From assembly GCA_002104905.1 (NCBI GenBank), contig MCFE01000171.1, positions 1-64,000 of the forward strand: 64,000 nt of DNA, in the 5' to 3' direction. The stretch is from Basidiobolus meristosporus CBS 931.73 (lineage: Eukaryota; Fungi; Basidiobolomycota). The position numbers and the translations under genes are program-made. Of the stretch, positions 51,301 through 64,000 are shown piece by piece. The notes under the pieces were generated by a model. It had not been told where the DNA came from. It did no database searches and saw nothing but the letters and a program-made list of their open reading frames with translations. Within the stretch, counting starts at the first letter, position 1. Each line of letters opens with the position of its first letter.

Positions 51301-52927
51301 CTGATATAGATGACCTTTTACATTAGCCCCTTACCTCTGCTTTACCTTGGTATCTGACAAGCCAGCAAGCATCAGAAACAGGCATACGGTGTGTGACATG
51401 AAATTGATTGAGGGATATGATCTGTAGTTGTCGACCGTTGTTTTGGTCAGGTTTGGAGAGAGCTATCAAGGAGGGAAGCGTGTCTGTAATGGGAGTACCC
51501 ATACCAGCTTTCACGACTGAAGATGGAAGCAAATCGAAGTCGGCAATTTGCGTATTGTGATATTGTCGGATCATAATAAGTCTATTTCAGATAGGTGAAT
51601 GAGTGAGCGATTATAATAAGTAGATTGCTTAACATTATACTAACGAGCGACGATCCCAAACGGTAATGTCCCCATCCTCATCCAAAGCAAGCAAGAATTT
51701 CCCCCCAGAAGATATTCTAAGCTTGACGATTCCTACGCCGCCTAGCACTCGTTGGACAGTATCCACAAGCTTGGTGCGAGGATATCCATCTCCAGGTTTA
51801 GGGAACTCGCGTCTCCATATACTCAAGGAGGCATTTCCTGAACATCGAATAAGCCATTGAGATCAAGTACGGGAAAGTTTTTGGGTGGTATAATTACCTT
51901 TGCCAGCTACGATGATGGTAGAACCGCGCTTGTCATATGTAGTGATCAAATCAAATATGCCGAGTTGATGCGGTGAGGTCTCACTTTGGCCAAGATCGGT
52001 CTCTTCGAGTTCGATAGCGTTCTTGATCTAAAGAGCCAACAATTAACCCTACGGAGCCTTGGATATGGTACCATAACCATACATACCTCTAAGCAGCGGG
52101 CGGTATCGTTTGTCTGCAATGCCTCTTGGAGAGCACTCAAGTTGATGTTCGAAAATCGATATAGTATATGATTCTTCAATACAACCAACAAATCCTCAGT
52201 TTGTGACCTTTGCAAGATTGTTAGTCTGAGTGGCTCGCTTCGTCATTACAATGTATACTTACGTCTCTGGGGAAGTGAAATGAAGGGCTTTAAATGCGTT
52301 TTCGGCATGATCCTCCTCAGTTTCTGGCTGGAATTCGTGGATTGCTTGCGAGAAGACGTGGAAACCAGTTTCCACATGAACGAAATGCATATATCCAAAG
52401 CTGTCGCCAATGACAACGAAGGTGGAATCCCGATTAAATGCGACCAACTCCGGTCGACCATCTAATAGATAGAGTTAGCCAAGTGGACAAATCATCGCAG
52501 TATTCAGCATAAATATTCACCTAAGCTGATGGAACAAATATGTTTTGTACAATCTCGATTTAACAATTGAACGCTTGGTAAACCGACAATAAATCCGTTG
52601 GTGGAAATGGCAGCAGCATCGCGCTCCATAAAGTTGCAGGGATCGGTCAGCTACATATCAGTCAAAAATAGTGTTGTCTTAGAATGTAGTGCAAGTGATT
52701 GCGCGTGTGCTTCAACTAACCTCGTCACTCATCTTGGATATGCAAGTGACATCGTCGATTTTATAGACACTGTTAGGGGTGTTGGTAGAGCCTGATTTGG
52801 TGAGGATTTCTATGGCGTTGGAAAGCCCGAGAGAAAGGCTTTCGGTTTGTGCGTTTTGGACGACAGTCCAAAGATTATCGTTCTCGTAGCTTGAAGAGGC
52901 ACTCATATCATAGTCTGACTCGGACAT
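45376..52927 (-). CDS. KNTC1: Kinetochore-associated protein 1 / Rough deal (Rod), RZZ complex subunit; several 5' beta-propeller exons plus a 1918-aa last exon
   Basis: LSETLPLTRFQQLILNRKYTEAEAFAEQYGLD resembles the metazoan KNTC1 segment. Long alpha-solenoid with a Rod_C-like C-terminal region (ARWWHQLKILDIPF, LLYLADFEDLRI). ATG at 52927 and canonical introns traced through about 52250. Confidence 0.85.
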
Positions 52928-53568
52928 AATGAGCTGTTGGATATTTCGGCAGAATTCGATGTTTCTAAAGATGCTATGGCTATGCTATGTATTGGGCAAA
53001 ATACATAAACTGCAGGTGAGCAGGACCGCGGTCGGCACAATAATAGACAGAAAGGTGTGAAGGGAGAAGGTAAGAAGAGGAAACGGCGTCTAGGTCGACG
53101 TCAAGGCTAAATGATACTATTGAAAGGCTTTGCGAGGATGAATGGCTTTGACAATAAGAAATGCACTTTTACCGCTTTGCATGAGAAAAAAAGGACCGTC
53201 CCTTGTTTTTGTTTTGGTTTTGCTCATGTTTATCCATTCCAGACGACGAGGAGTTGCCCATGATTGGTGATCATATCAGTCACTAAATACTAATGAATTA
53301 TGCATGATGCTAACAACAAAGAGGCCAGGATTGAAAATTTGGGTTACCCCCACCACCCTCAAGCTCAACCCAAATCAAAAAAATAATTCAAAAAAAAAAT
53401 CGTTTGAGGTGCACTTGGGATTTTTTGCATTCTATAGACGGTGCTGACCCAAAGTTCAGCGGAGATAACGGCCTTCTAGCAAGTCGCAGCAACCTCTACT
53501 TTTCGTATAATTCATAGACATTCGGGAAGCGTTATCGTTCAACCCCTTTAGAGATACGGGTTTCTACA

Positions 53569-54990
53569 ATGTCGAGGATAAAGCAGGAACCTATGGACAG
53601 TACTGCTATTCAGCTTTCACATGACATCCCAGCAGGGCTTTCCCACACGGAGGCCCTTTTCTTGACTCATTGTAAGAACGAACCAAAGGTCGGATATAAT
53701 ACTTAACATTTATATGGGCAGTTTAGATCCAAGTGGATTGATTTACAATCTCACTCGACACGAGCCTAACTTACGTGTCGATCCCTCACTTACATGGATA
53801 AATTTTCAGGGTTTAACAGATGATCTAATCACAAAGCTCATGCCTGATCAGTCCGTCGAAGAAATTGCGGAAATCATCAACAAGCTTTCTAAGCGGGTAA
53901 GTACTTGGCTGAGAGATTTACTGAAACGCAAGTATTCTAAACACATCCTGTTTCTATTGAATCTTTGCAGAATTTCATTGAAATCTTCCGAGTTGGTTCC
54001 GCCTTTTCATACCGAGCTGTAAACAATGAGGAGGTTGACAAGTATGTGAGATAATATTTTGTGCGAGTTGACCCGTCATTTACCTTGTTCTATCTTCAAT
54101 CAGGATGTCTATGCTCGAGGGAGATGAGAGACTTATCTATCAGCACATTAAATCCTCGGGCAACGAAGGGATTTGGACAAAGAATTTGAAAATGAAAACC
54201 AACCTTCATCAACAGGTTGTGATGCGTTGTTTGAAGACATTAGAACAGAAGATGCTCATCAAAGCAGTTAAATCCGTCAAGGTACATTGGTTCAATAGCA
54301 GACTATCATAAGATGTCGTGTATCCTAACTAGTACCTTTTATGCAGAATCCAACCAGAAAAGTATACATGCTAATCGAGTTGACTCCTTCAGTCGAGATT
54401 ACTGGAGGGCCATGGTTTACAGACCAAGAGTTGGATGTAGACTTTATTGACACCTTAGCCAAGCAATGCTATAAATACATTTACTCGAAGGTAGTGTGTC
54501 CGAGCTCTATGATTTATCGAACTCTCGCTAATGTACTTGTATTAGAGCTTCCCACGAAACAACACAGATGCTGTATACTCCACTAGCTATGCTCAGTATC
54601 CCACTGCTAACCAGATCCGCCGTTTTATCGTGGACAACCGTATCAGTACTGTCGACCTATCCATGGAAGATATTGTGTGTTTGCTGGATGTGTTGGTCTA
54701 TGATGGCAAAATAGAAAGAATTCTACCCCCAGTCGACTTGATGGACTGGGACGATGAAAAAGAGGAGGTTGAGTGGATGTACAAAGCCGTCAAGGACAGA
54801 ACCAAGGAGAATTCCTTAACCGAGATCCCATGCGGCAAATGCCCAGTAAGTATCCCAGAACTATAGCTTATCCGAACCTTTGGATTGACATACCATTTCA
54901 CACTATCATTAGGTGTTCAAGATATGCAGCGAAGAGGGACCCATATCACCATCCAACTGCCTGTACTATAAACAGTGGTTAGAGTTCTAA
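53569..54990 (+). CDS. RPC34: RNA polymerase III subunit Rpc34/RPC6, multi-exon
   Basis: IYQHIKSSGNEGIWTKNLK, LIKAVKSVK|NPTRKVYML, PSVEITGGPWFTDQELD, LLDVLVYDGKIE and the C-terminal Fe-S Cys motif EIPCGKCP|VF...CSEEGPISPSNCLYYKQWLEF. Confidence 0.93.
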
Positions 54991-55389
54991 TTCTCTTAAT
55001 CATTTCTTGCTTGATGCCATTCAGTAGTGGTTATAAAAACTACCAGTAAAATATTAATACTAGCATAAATAATATGAAAATTTAACTGATTTGGAATGAT
55101 CTTCATGTGTATATACGTATTTATTTGCGTTGTAAGCATTAAAAATCATTGATAGTAGTAGAAATAGTAAGAATAACTTGTTGGGGGAAACTAGAAAAAA
55201 CAGTCGAACGGAAACTGATGGAAAAATAAAATGAAAATGGAAAGCGAATGCGAAAGATATAAATCCACTTGGGTCCCACTTGCTCTTCAATATTTACATA
55301 CTGAGATTCGTTTAAGCTGCAAACTCTCTCACCTTCGGTCAAGATCTGGGAGATACGGCAAATTAGATAAGCTACATACTTCTATATGC

Positions 55390-56256
55390 TTAACGTTCAG
55401 TCAGGAGGCGATGAGCTTCGGAAAGCTGGTTTTCAAGAGTTTGAATGCGAATTCTAAGCTCCAAGTCCTTTTGCCTTTGGTGCTCCTTCTCGCTCTCCAA
55501 GATAGCAATCTTGGTGCTGAGACAAGTGTTCTCTGCCAAAAGCTCTTCTGTGCGCTTATCCAATTCATTTAATCTTTGCACCTTGCGTTGACGCGATCGA
55601 CGGGCGGCCTCGGTATTACGCTTACGCTTGGCAGTAACATCCTCGGATATATCCTCAGAGTATGCACGCTTGTTAGAACCAGTGCAAAGAGGTTCAGCTT
55701 CGCTTCTAGCGAGAGGAAGAAGTGAAACTTCCTTAAATGGAATGGGGCTCATAGTTGGAGTCTGAACAGGAGAAGGCAATTGAATGTTGACGGGTGAATG
55801 AGTGCCAAGAAAGTGACTATAAGCGGGAGACATCATGCTTTCACATGGAGTAGGCAGATTTGTTTCAGGGAACTCGGAGAGAAAGTCATATTGAGAATGA
55901 CTTGCAGGAGAAGGGAAGTCGCTAAACATGGAGCTATCAATCAAAGGTACGTTGAAGGCATCCAAACTCTCGGCAGAGAGGCCAGTGGAATCGCCGTAGG
56001 GAACAATTTCAAAATCACCCAATGTAGAGATCAACTCTTCAGATGAGTTAAAAGCGGAACCTTGGCAATCATTGGCAAGCCATTGATCAAAGAACGATAG
56101 CTGCTCTACTTCTTCGGAAGTAGGAATGCTTGCGGACGTACCCTCAAGGGGTGGGAAGAATAGTGGAGTCTCACAAACGGTATTCATGTTTGTTGAAAAT
56201 TTAACTTCAGCGGTGTGTTCGAACGAAAATTCAGGAGGGAAAACGGAAAGAGACAT
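55390..56256 (-). CDS. CPC1: Gcn4/CpcA/CPC-1-like bZIP transcription factor, intronless
   Basis: Basic region KRKRNTEAARRSRQRK plus leucine zipper, an acidic/Phe-rich activation region, and a uORF-containing leader. Confidence 0.85.
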   Translation of the reverse strand: MSLSVFPPEFSFEHTAEVKFSTNMNTVCETPLFFPPLEGTSASIPTSEEVEQLSFFDQWLANDCQGSAFNSSEELISTLGDFEIVPYGDSTGLSAESLDAFNVPLIDSSMFSDFPSPASHSQYDFLSEFPETNLPTPCESMMSPAYSHFLGTHSPVNIQLPSPVQTPTMSPIPFKEVSLLPLARSEAEPLCTGSNKRAYSEDISEDVTAKRKRNTEAARRSRQRKVQRLNELDKRTEELLAENTCLSTKIAILESEKEHQRQKDLELRIRIQTLENQLSEAHRLLTER

Positions 56257-56353
56257 ATATAAACGGAGTTGTCGAATAGAAGCGATTGGTTTTTGATTAG
56301 GATAGATTGCAGACGGGAATCAGTAGACTGACTGGATAGGAACGATTGAGAGT

Positions 56354-56544
56354 TCAACTTCGATAAGATGGCGGATCTTCACAGGGAAGGTTTTCTGAGC
56401 TAGCGCGTTGGAGGAGACATTTTTGTTGTGTTGTTATTAGGTAGACCATTTTTGAAATAGGGCTACTTGGTGTTTGACTAGATGATATTTTTTCTTTAAA
56501 GTTGGAGTTTGAAACCAAACGAATTAGACCACGATAGAAGCCAT
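56354..56544 (-). promoter_or_regulatory. Three uORFs in the bZIP leader: uORF1 56544-56524 (MASIVV*), uORF2 56449-56354 (31 aa), uORF3 56420-56400 (MSPPTR*)
   Basis: These are the only three minus-strand ATGs between 56257 and about 56700. All are in AAAAATG/CAAAATG context; the main ATG has T at -3. Confidence 0.85.
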
Positions 56545-57732
56545 TTTGGTAAGACGAGTAAATGTGTAGTAGTAGTAGTAGAAGAGGAAATAAAAGAAAA
56601 AATAATTAAGAGCGCACGGAATATAAATAATTAATCAGCAATAATTGCAAGCTTCTTTTGAAGAAAAGAATATAGAGAGAGCAATGGCTTCAAGGAAAAC
56701 CGGGGGTCCCGACGTTGAAATATTCACCAAATGTGAAAGGTGTAAAGAGGCAAATCTATTCCGAGTAGGCTTTATACACATGCCCCGAGCCACGGAAATG
56801 CAGAAATTTTAAGGGGAGGGGCTGGTTATCTCAAAAACAATTAGGAAGGTTGATGTATAAACTAGCAGCATATATATAATCCTAATAAATTACCAAACAG
56901 AGGCTTAGTGGAGTTCAAACGAGAAAAAAAAAGCAAATATATGGGGGGCTACGTTTCCCACATATCACCAGATGATTGGATTATCTCACAGCTTAATATA
57001 ATTGGCTTGCAGGTATGGAGTCTTCGTTATACAGATCTGAGAAATTCACACAATATCCACCGTTTGAACATTTCAAAAAATCAAGATTCAAAGAAACCCC
57101 ACGATTAACCACACCACAGAATGATGATCGCACCAGAAATCCTCAGCATTTTTCAAGAGGCGGGCTCGCAATTGTACGCAAATTGATCTAGTTGAGCCAA
57201 AACATCCACCACGGAGAGAGTAGGCTTTTCGGATGACTCAGGTCCGTAGTTGCATTGGTTGCTGTATTTCAATGTAGCACGACACACCATTTCAAGAAAG
57301 ACTGCAAAGTTGATCATGTGCGATATTTCGGTATGTTGCGAAAATACCACTCAATCAACTCATGGTTGGTTAGGCGCAAGGGTTGTGCGACGGATAGTGC
57401 TACCTACTTGCACGTTTCTGATATGATTTAGCTCATAATTATTAATAGTTCTTGCCTATCAGCATCAAGCAATGGGATTTCCAAACTCCAATCAATCGAG
57501 CCCAAGATTGTGATAATCGCCGCCATGTGCCATAGTGTAGTGACTGGAGCCGAAGGTATGATAAAGGTGGTTGTTTCTGACGAAAAGAAACCACCACAGG
57601 ATATTTAATCAAAATGCTCCCGAATATGGCACTCGCCTGGTGTTATCGGAAAGTGTGGCATCATACAAGGTTGTGCAGGGAATTAGAGGGGATAATACAC
57701 TTTACATGCGAGGAATTAGGGTATATGATCTA

Positions 57733-59794
57733 TTAGAGCTGTGAGAATGGCTCCTCAAGCGCAAGTATTTCCATCAAAGGCTGAGCAATCGAATCCACAG
57801 TCTCTAAAGGTATATCACAGCACATGGCAATGACTCGTTTATATTCGGAGCTGAGGGGTTGGTCGCCCAAAGGCTGGTGCCTAGCCAATTGCACCATTTC
57901 TTTGATAAGTGTTTTGTGATTGCTCTCCATATCCTCTATATCTTTGCGTAAATCCATTATCTCCTTGATCATATCATCCGCAGCCTGGTCAAAGACATGG
58001 CCAGCGCTCTTTATGTCTGCTGATTCGGTTTCACTGATCTCCCTTTGTAGCTGATACCGGAGTTGGATGGCTTCTGTGAGTTGGTTTTCCAGTTGACGCG
58101 TCTGGCTTAGAGTGTGCTCGTATGGCCGAACTGATTGATGTAATTTATTGATTGTCAGACGCGCCTCCTGAACTTCTTCGATGACGGAGGCCAGAATGGC
58201 TCGTGTGGAGAATAGCTGTCGATTTAACTCATCCAATTCATGGTGATGAGCCGCTTCGATGTCTTGAAGAGCCTGCGTTACGGAGGGAAGTATTTTTCTA
58301 GACGCCTCCAGGCATGAAACGTGATGTTGTATCTCAGGGGAAGGGGACCGAGTGCCGGAGCGGAAAGAAATCGCCTTCAGCACTGTTTCCCTTTGATATC
58401 CCTCATCTAGGAGTCTATCCACAGTGTTTGTTGATGCTGTGCAAGCGTGTCGCAGGAGTGGCGCGATGGAAGCATTAGAGGATCGGTTGGCTATGTCCAA
58501 AGCAGTGTTTCCGCTCTTGTCTTTCATATTCAGTATAAGATTCTTTGCTTTTGGGGTTTTTTTCAACTTCTCCAACAGGCATGTGAGGTAGTAGAGTTGG
58601 CTTTCATCTTGGTTGGCCGACAAGAGCTTGCATAGATGGTGAAATATTGTCTGGTACTGACCATCATAATCGCCAATACTGTCCAATGCCAGATCAAGTA
58701 AATGGATGAAAGTGCCACGGTCATAATTTACGGGAAAGAAAACACTATGTACAAGAGGAGTGTGGCCGAGTCTATTCCGAGAATGAATATCCCCTCCAAT
58801 TGAGATCAGGCTTTTGGCTAGCGCTATCCTACCGGTCGAGGCAGCCCAATGCAAGCAGTTGTTCCCTTCTTCGTCAATTGGATCATTTATATCAAAACTA
58901 AGAGGGCCTCGTAGCATCTCGGGAATGTCTTGCGAGTTGGAGGTGAAGTAGTCTCTCAACATGCCTGCATGCTTCGATGGTGTCGATTCTTTACTTTCCC
59001 TGCCAGACTCGGCCTTTCTCCCATACAGTTCCTCGCTTTGCTCGACTTTGACAGATGTTGTTCCCTTCGATCGTTTGGGGGGAGGGTTCATTAATGAATC
59101 ATCAGAATCAGAGTCCAAAGTCATGTCAGAGTCTACTGAAGTTAATTCGGAGTCGGTGTCCGATAGTGTAGGTGCCTCAGTCGTAGAGGAATCCGAATAC
59201 TCTGTCTCCTGCTGTGGCCTGCGGCGATGTTGGTTATTTTTACCCCCAGTCTTTCTTACAGGCTTTGATGCTTTTAGAATTTCTTTATCAAGCTTATCCT
59301 CCTTTTTCTTGCGTTGACGTGAAGTGGTGTGAACTGTATGCTTGGGTGCAGGAGGGGGACTTGCTGAATTTGGCTGATAATCGAAGAGCGGTCTTAAAAG
59401 TTCCAGTACCTCGTACTGAGTTGCTAGAGCCACACCTCGCTCGAAAGGTACCCAAGTGCCTAATCACCAAAGATTAAACATTAATCCCGTTTTCTTGGGT
59501 GTATTAAGGAATGGAGCTCTCAGCACATAAAGCGCTTTGCTCTAGTGTATAAACATGATCCTACATGTATCTACCTTGATATTTGCCATAGCCTCCTTGA
59601 ACTTTTTCATGTTCACCTATTTGTACCTCTCTTTCCAAAATTCGTGTCCTCTGCGGCTTATCGAAATTAGCAACCTTCAGTAATTGGGTGGCGTTCAGGG
59701 CGGAATCATGGCGCCTTCTCATGACGGCCACTCCTCGACAGGTCATCTCATAAACAGGGACACCTGAATAAGTAGCTTTAAAGATTTGTGACAT
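57733..59794 (-). CDS. MBF/SBF-type APSES transcription factor (Mbp1/Swi4/Res-like) with ankyrin repeats and C-terminal coiled coil, 2 exons
   Basis: [14 protein letters not shown]...[19 protein letters not shown]...[12 protein letters not shown]|GTWVPFERG; ankyrin segments [13 protein letters not shown] and [12 protein letters not shown]. Confidence 0.92.
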
Positions 59795-59946
59795 TCTCAG
59801 TAGCAAAACTATAGTTTTGAGTTCTATAGTAAGGTATACTACTCGTTGTTTGTCTACAATTGATTATTATGGAAATTGAATAGACTTTCTCCTTCAGTGT
59901 TCAGCTTGGGAGGATGTTTACAAGCTTTACTACGGTGATATAAGTA

Positions 59947-59962
59947 ACGCGTGCGTCGCGTC
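59947..59962. promoter_or_regulatory. MCB element ACGCGT plus an adjacent TCGCGT, about 150 bp upstream of the APSES gene ATG
   Basis: Sequence AACGCGTGCGTCGCGTCC. Confidence 0.45.
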
Positions 59963-60493
59963 CATAGGTGAAGTATAGATTGCTCACTTATATTTGGGGA
60001 TAGTCAATAATATGGCAATCGGGAAGAATCCTCACTAATTCTTCCCAATTGGCGGAGATTTATTAACCAATCTTTTTAATCCCGAAAACAGCGTCAGCAG
60101 GGTTTCGCCTTATAGACTTTGGGTTTGGAATGACTTCTATTCCAGTTTGGCAATTCATGGCATGTACTGATTAAGTATAGCCAGTATGTATATATGGAAA
60201 AATTGGATAGGATGGCAAAGATCCTCTATATTATTGCCTATAATAAAGGCTCATTCTTAAAGTTTCCTAAGCGTATCGAAAAATTCACTAATATCATATC
60301 GCATATAGGCTTTCGACTTCACTGACTTTGCTCTATTCATTTTTGTCAATCTACCTTTTCTTCCTCTTTTAGAGTCCATTTTGTTGTATCGTGGATGTTA
60401 AGGCCCTGAAAATTTATTTTTGTACTCATTAAGTAACTGTTTCGTGAAGCACGCTCATCGTTTAATCTGGTCGATTTAAGAGGCATACATTCT

Positions 60494-61674
<1,181 letters not shown>

Positions 61675-62233
61675 CTATATGTTGTTCACCGGGCCTTTTA
61701 CCCTCGATAGATGTATACGTTTTATTCAAGAGGACCTTATGCATTCACGCCTCCTTAGTAGCATTGTTCGCACAAAACACAAAATAAACCGCTGTGATTT
61801 AGCTCCAGTATGACTGTCAACCATGGGACGTATCCATGCTTTATTGGATTGGAGCTTTATCTCGTTGAGGTTACACGAGAGTGATGCTGTGAGTGTGTCA
61901 ACTAGATCTGCCATGCAATCTCGGCAATCGCTTGGCTCCATAAATACCGTATTGTTCCGAAATCGCATTCCGGACACTTCCAAAATGAGTGCCAATGTAA
62001 ATTTGACCATTTTGGATCAAAAAAATAAAACGAATGTTTACTAAAATACGATTGCCATTCAGTGGAGAAAACAAATAGTAAGTATCAATCAATCGATCAA
62101 CAACGTTGAACTTACTATATTGTGAGCTAGACCACTGCCTGTAACCGCTATTTCGAACACTCCTGACACACTTTGAAATAAAAGTTTGTCTCTTGGCCGC
62201 CTTTGTATTTACTTATTTCGTACAAAAACATCA

Positions 62234-63960
62234 ATGGGGTATTGTGCCAGTTGTGGAGAGCTTCAGTTTACTAACAGATGTAATAAATGCGGCGGTAGAG
62301 TTGCTGGTATCTTGATTTTTCCTATTCTTCCTCTTCAGATTACGTTTACTGAGCACTTCCTCTTCCCTTTCCTTTCTCGATGATGTAGTTTCTTCGGCTT
62401 TCGGGAGAAATGAAGATTCGCACGATCGTTGGTCCGAAAAGTACTGGAGCAAGAGATATTTCCCATTCCTAACCATTTCCACTCATGCATTGCTGTTTTA
62501 TCTAGATACCTAAATAGAGGCTTAGAGCGTTCTGGCTCTAAACGAATCTTCAACAACAGTCAAAGAATAAGAACCGGCTCTCCTAGTGTTGATAGGCAGG
62601 GCGCGCTCTCACCTACTCTTGAGACTGCTCCCAAGCCCCTACCTCCTAGACCTGGATCAGCTGGAGCCGGTTCTAGAAACACTACTCCCTCCCCAAATCC
62701 GGACAGTTCGCTTGAGACCACCAGTACCGAACCAGATGCCACTGAAACTAGCGCCCAAGATAAACGTCGATCCTTCAACACTACCTTCTTGTCTAGACAC
62801 ACCCCTTCTCCTACACCGGGTAGTCGCCCACCTAGTGTAATTTTCAACTTCTCCAAAAAGGCCCCTAGCGATTTGTCCAGAAGCAAAACCTTAATGTCGG
62901 CAACCTACAAAGATGGGGCCAATATAAGACGAAGCCAGACATCGGCCGCCTCCACAGAGCCTAATATCGAAAAACTTAGAAGCGATAAAAGGAGCAGCTA
63001 TAATCCCCCTTCTTCTCCCGGTCTAAATAGAAATGCCACTATTGCCAGTAGACCCGCTTCTGCTATATATGGGTCATCCTCGAAAGGATCCTCCTTGAGT
63101 GTGAAACCTCCGTATATTCCCTCCACCCCGAAGGCCTTTTCTCAAACGGCAGAACCCAATAGTGATGTAGCCGATATACCAGTGCCGGCTCCTGTCTCTG
63201 AAATCACAAAGAGTGAACCACCGGCCGAAGAATTGAAGGCGGAGCCAGACGCCGAAGCGGCACCAAGTAAGACGGGCCTGCCTATCGCAGAGGTGCCAGC
63301 TTCAAAGCCGCAGTCCTCAACATCGACTCAACCGCAGGTAGATACACTCAAGAGTGAACTCAAGTACCAAACTGGTGCCAGTGGTGTTCCCGAAAGCAAT
63401 GACGTTGAGCGTCGTAAACCGTTGCCTCAACCTCCTGCCAAAGGACCTGGCAAGGGAAGAATCTGCTTCAAGTGCAACAATCTCCTGGGGACTTCATGGT
63501 ATACACTTCCTGATGGTAGAAGCATACACCCCGACTGTTGCGTTTGTGAAGGATGCTCTAAACCATTCGAGGACGGCATTTACATCAGCGTAAATGGGAA
63601 ATTGTACCACGAGGCTTGCATACCAAGGAAAGCCTCCACCAAATCGACCAGTGAATACAGTTGCAAGAGGTGCGAACAAGATATTCATGGCTCTTGGATC
63701 ACCCTATCTGACGGCTCGAAGTATCATCCACACTGTTTCCGTTGCGAAGGCTGCGATCTAGTCATTGATGACGGAGTTTTCATCAGCAGAAATGGCAAGC
63801 CTTACCATGAGCAGGTAGGGATGTGGTGTGATCTACAGAAAGGGTACAACTTCTAACGGTATTATGAATCTAGTGTGTTCAACGACCCAAGTGTGTTTCA
63901 TGCGGGCTAGACATCCGAGGTGGCTATATCACTTATCGTGAGCAGAGGTATCATACACAG
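62234..63960 (+). CDS. LIM-domain (paxillin-like) protein with N-terminal zinc ribbon; 3' end beyond the window
   Basis: Exon 1 MGYCASCGELQFTNRCNKCGG; long S/P-rich linker; LIM repeats CFKC...HPDCCVCEGC...YHEAC and CKRC...YHPHCFRCEGC...YHEQ|C; further exon CVSCGLDI...YHTQ| followed by GTAAGT at 63961. Confidence 0.88.
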
Positions 63961-64000
63961 GTAAGTGCCAAGAACAAATGGCCGGATCCACGATGGTTGC

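Noticed and set aside
56257-56322. Neurospora cpc-1-style long non-AUG N-terminal extension of the bZIP
   Set aside because: An in-frame TGA at 56322-56320 leaves only 21 open codons upstream of the main ATG.

Overview
Gene-dense eukaryotic (fungal) chromosomal segment with short GT-AG introns (mostly 45-130 nt, CTAAC/CTGAC branch sites). I can support about 34 protein-coding loci. I found no rRNA, tRNA, CRISPR array or recognisable transposon. The gene content (KNTC1/Rod, Rab4, an animal-type single-locus ATP-citrate lyase) points to an early-diverging, non-Dikarya fungus of Mucoromycota/Zoopagomycota grade; this is inference. Most loci are housekeeping genes: UGO1, ATG15, a PPR protein, LOA1/VPS66, RBX1, ATP2, ARP9-like, RPL18, a NASP-like chaperone, SOD2, IBA57, ACL, TRR1, RPL34, RPP0, TVP18, RPC34, a GCN4/CPC1-like bZIP, an MBF/SBF APSES factor and a LIM protein. 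A compact shugoshin with about 9 introns is missing from the ORF track and was reconstructed by hand. The most notable observations are: (1) the ATP-citrate lyase changes frame at the natural beta/alpha subunit boundary, with no canonical intron, an overlapping ATG and a UUU-C/UGA context; (2) a GCN4/cpc-1-style three-uORF leader whose first uORF begins Met-Ala-Ser; (3) a Rab4 with a His in place of the catalytic Gln and a 1-nt frameshift in the P-loop exon; (4) a CFEM-like GPI protein, an orphan 7TM GPCR-like protein and a probably GPI-anchored subtilisin. Three independent 1-nt frame breaks mean assembly indel error is a serious alternative explanation for each of them.
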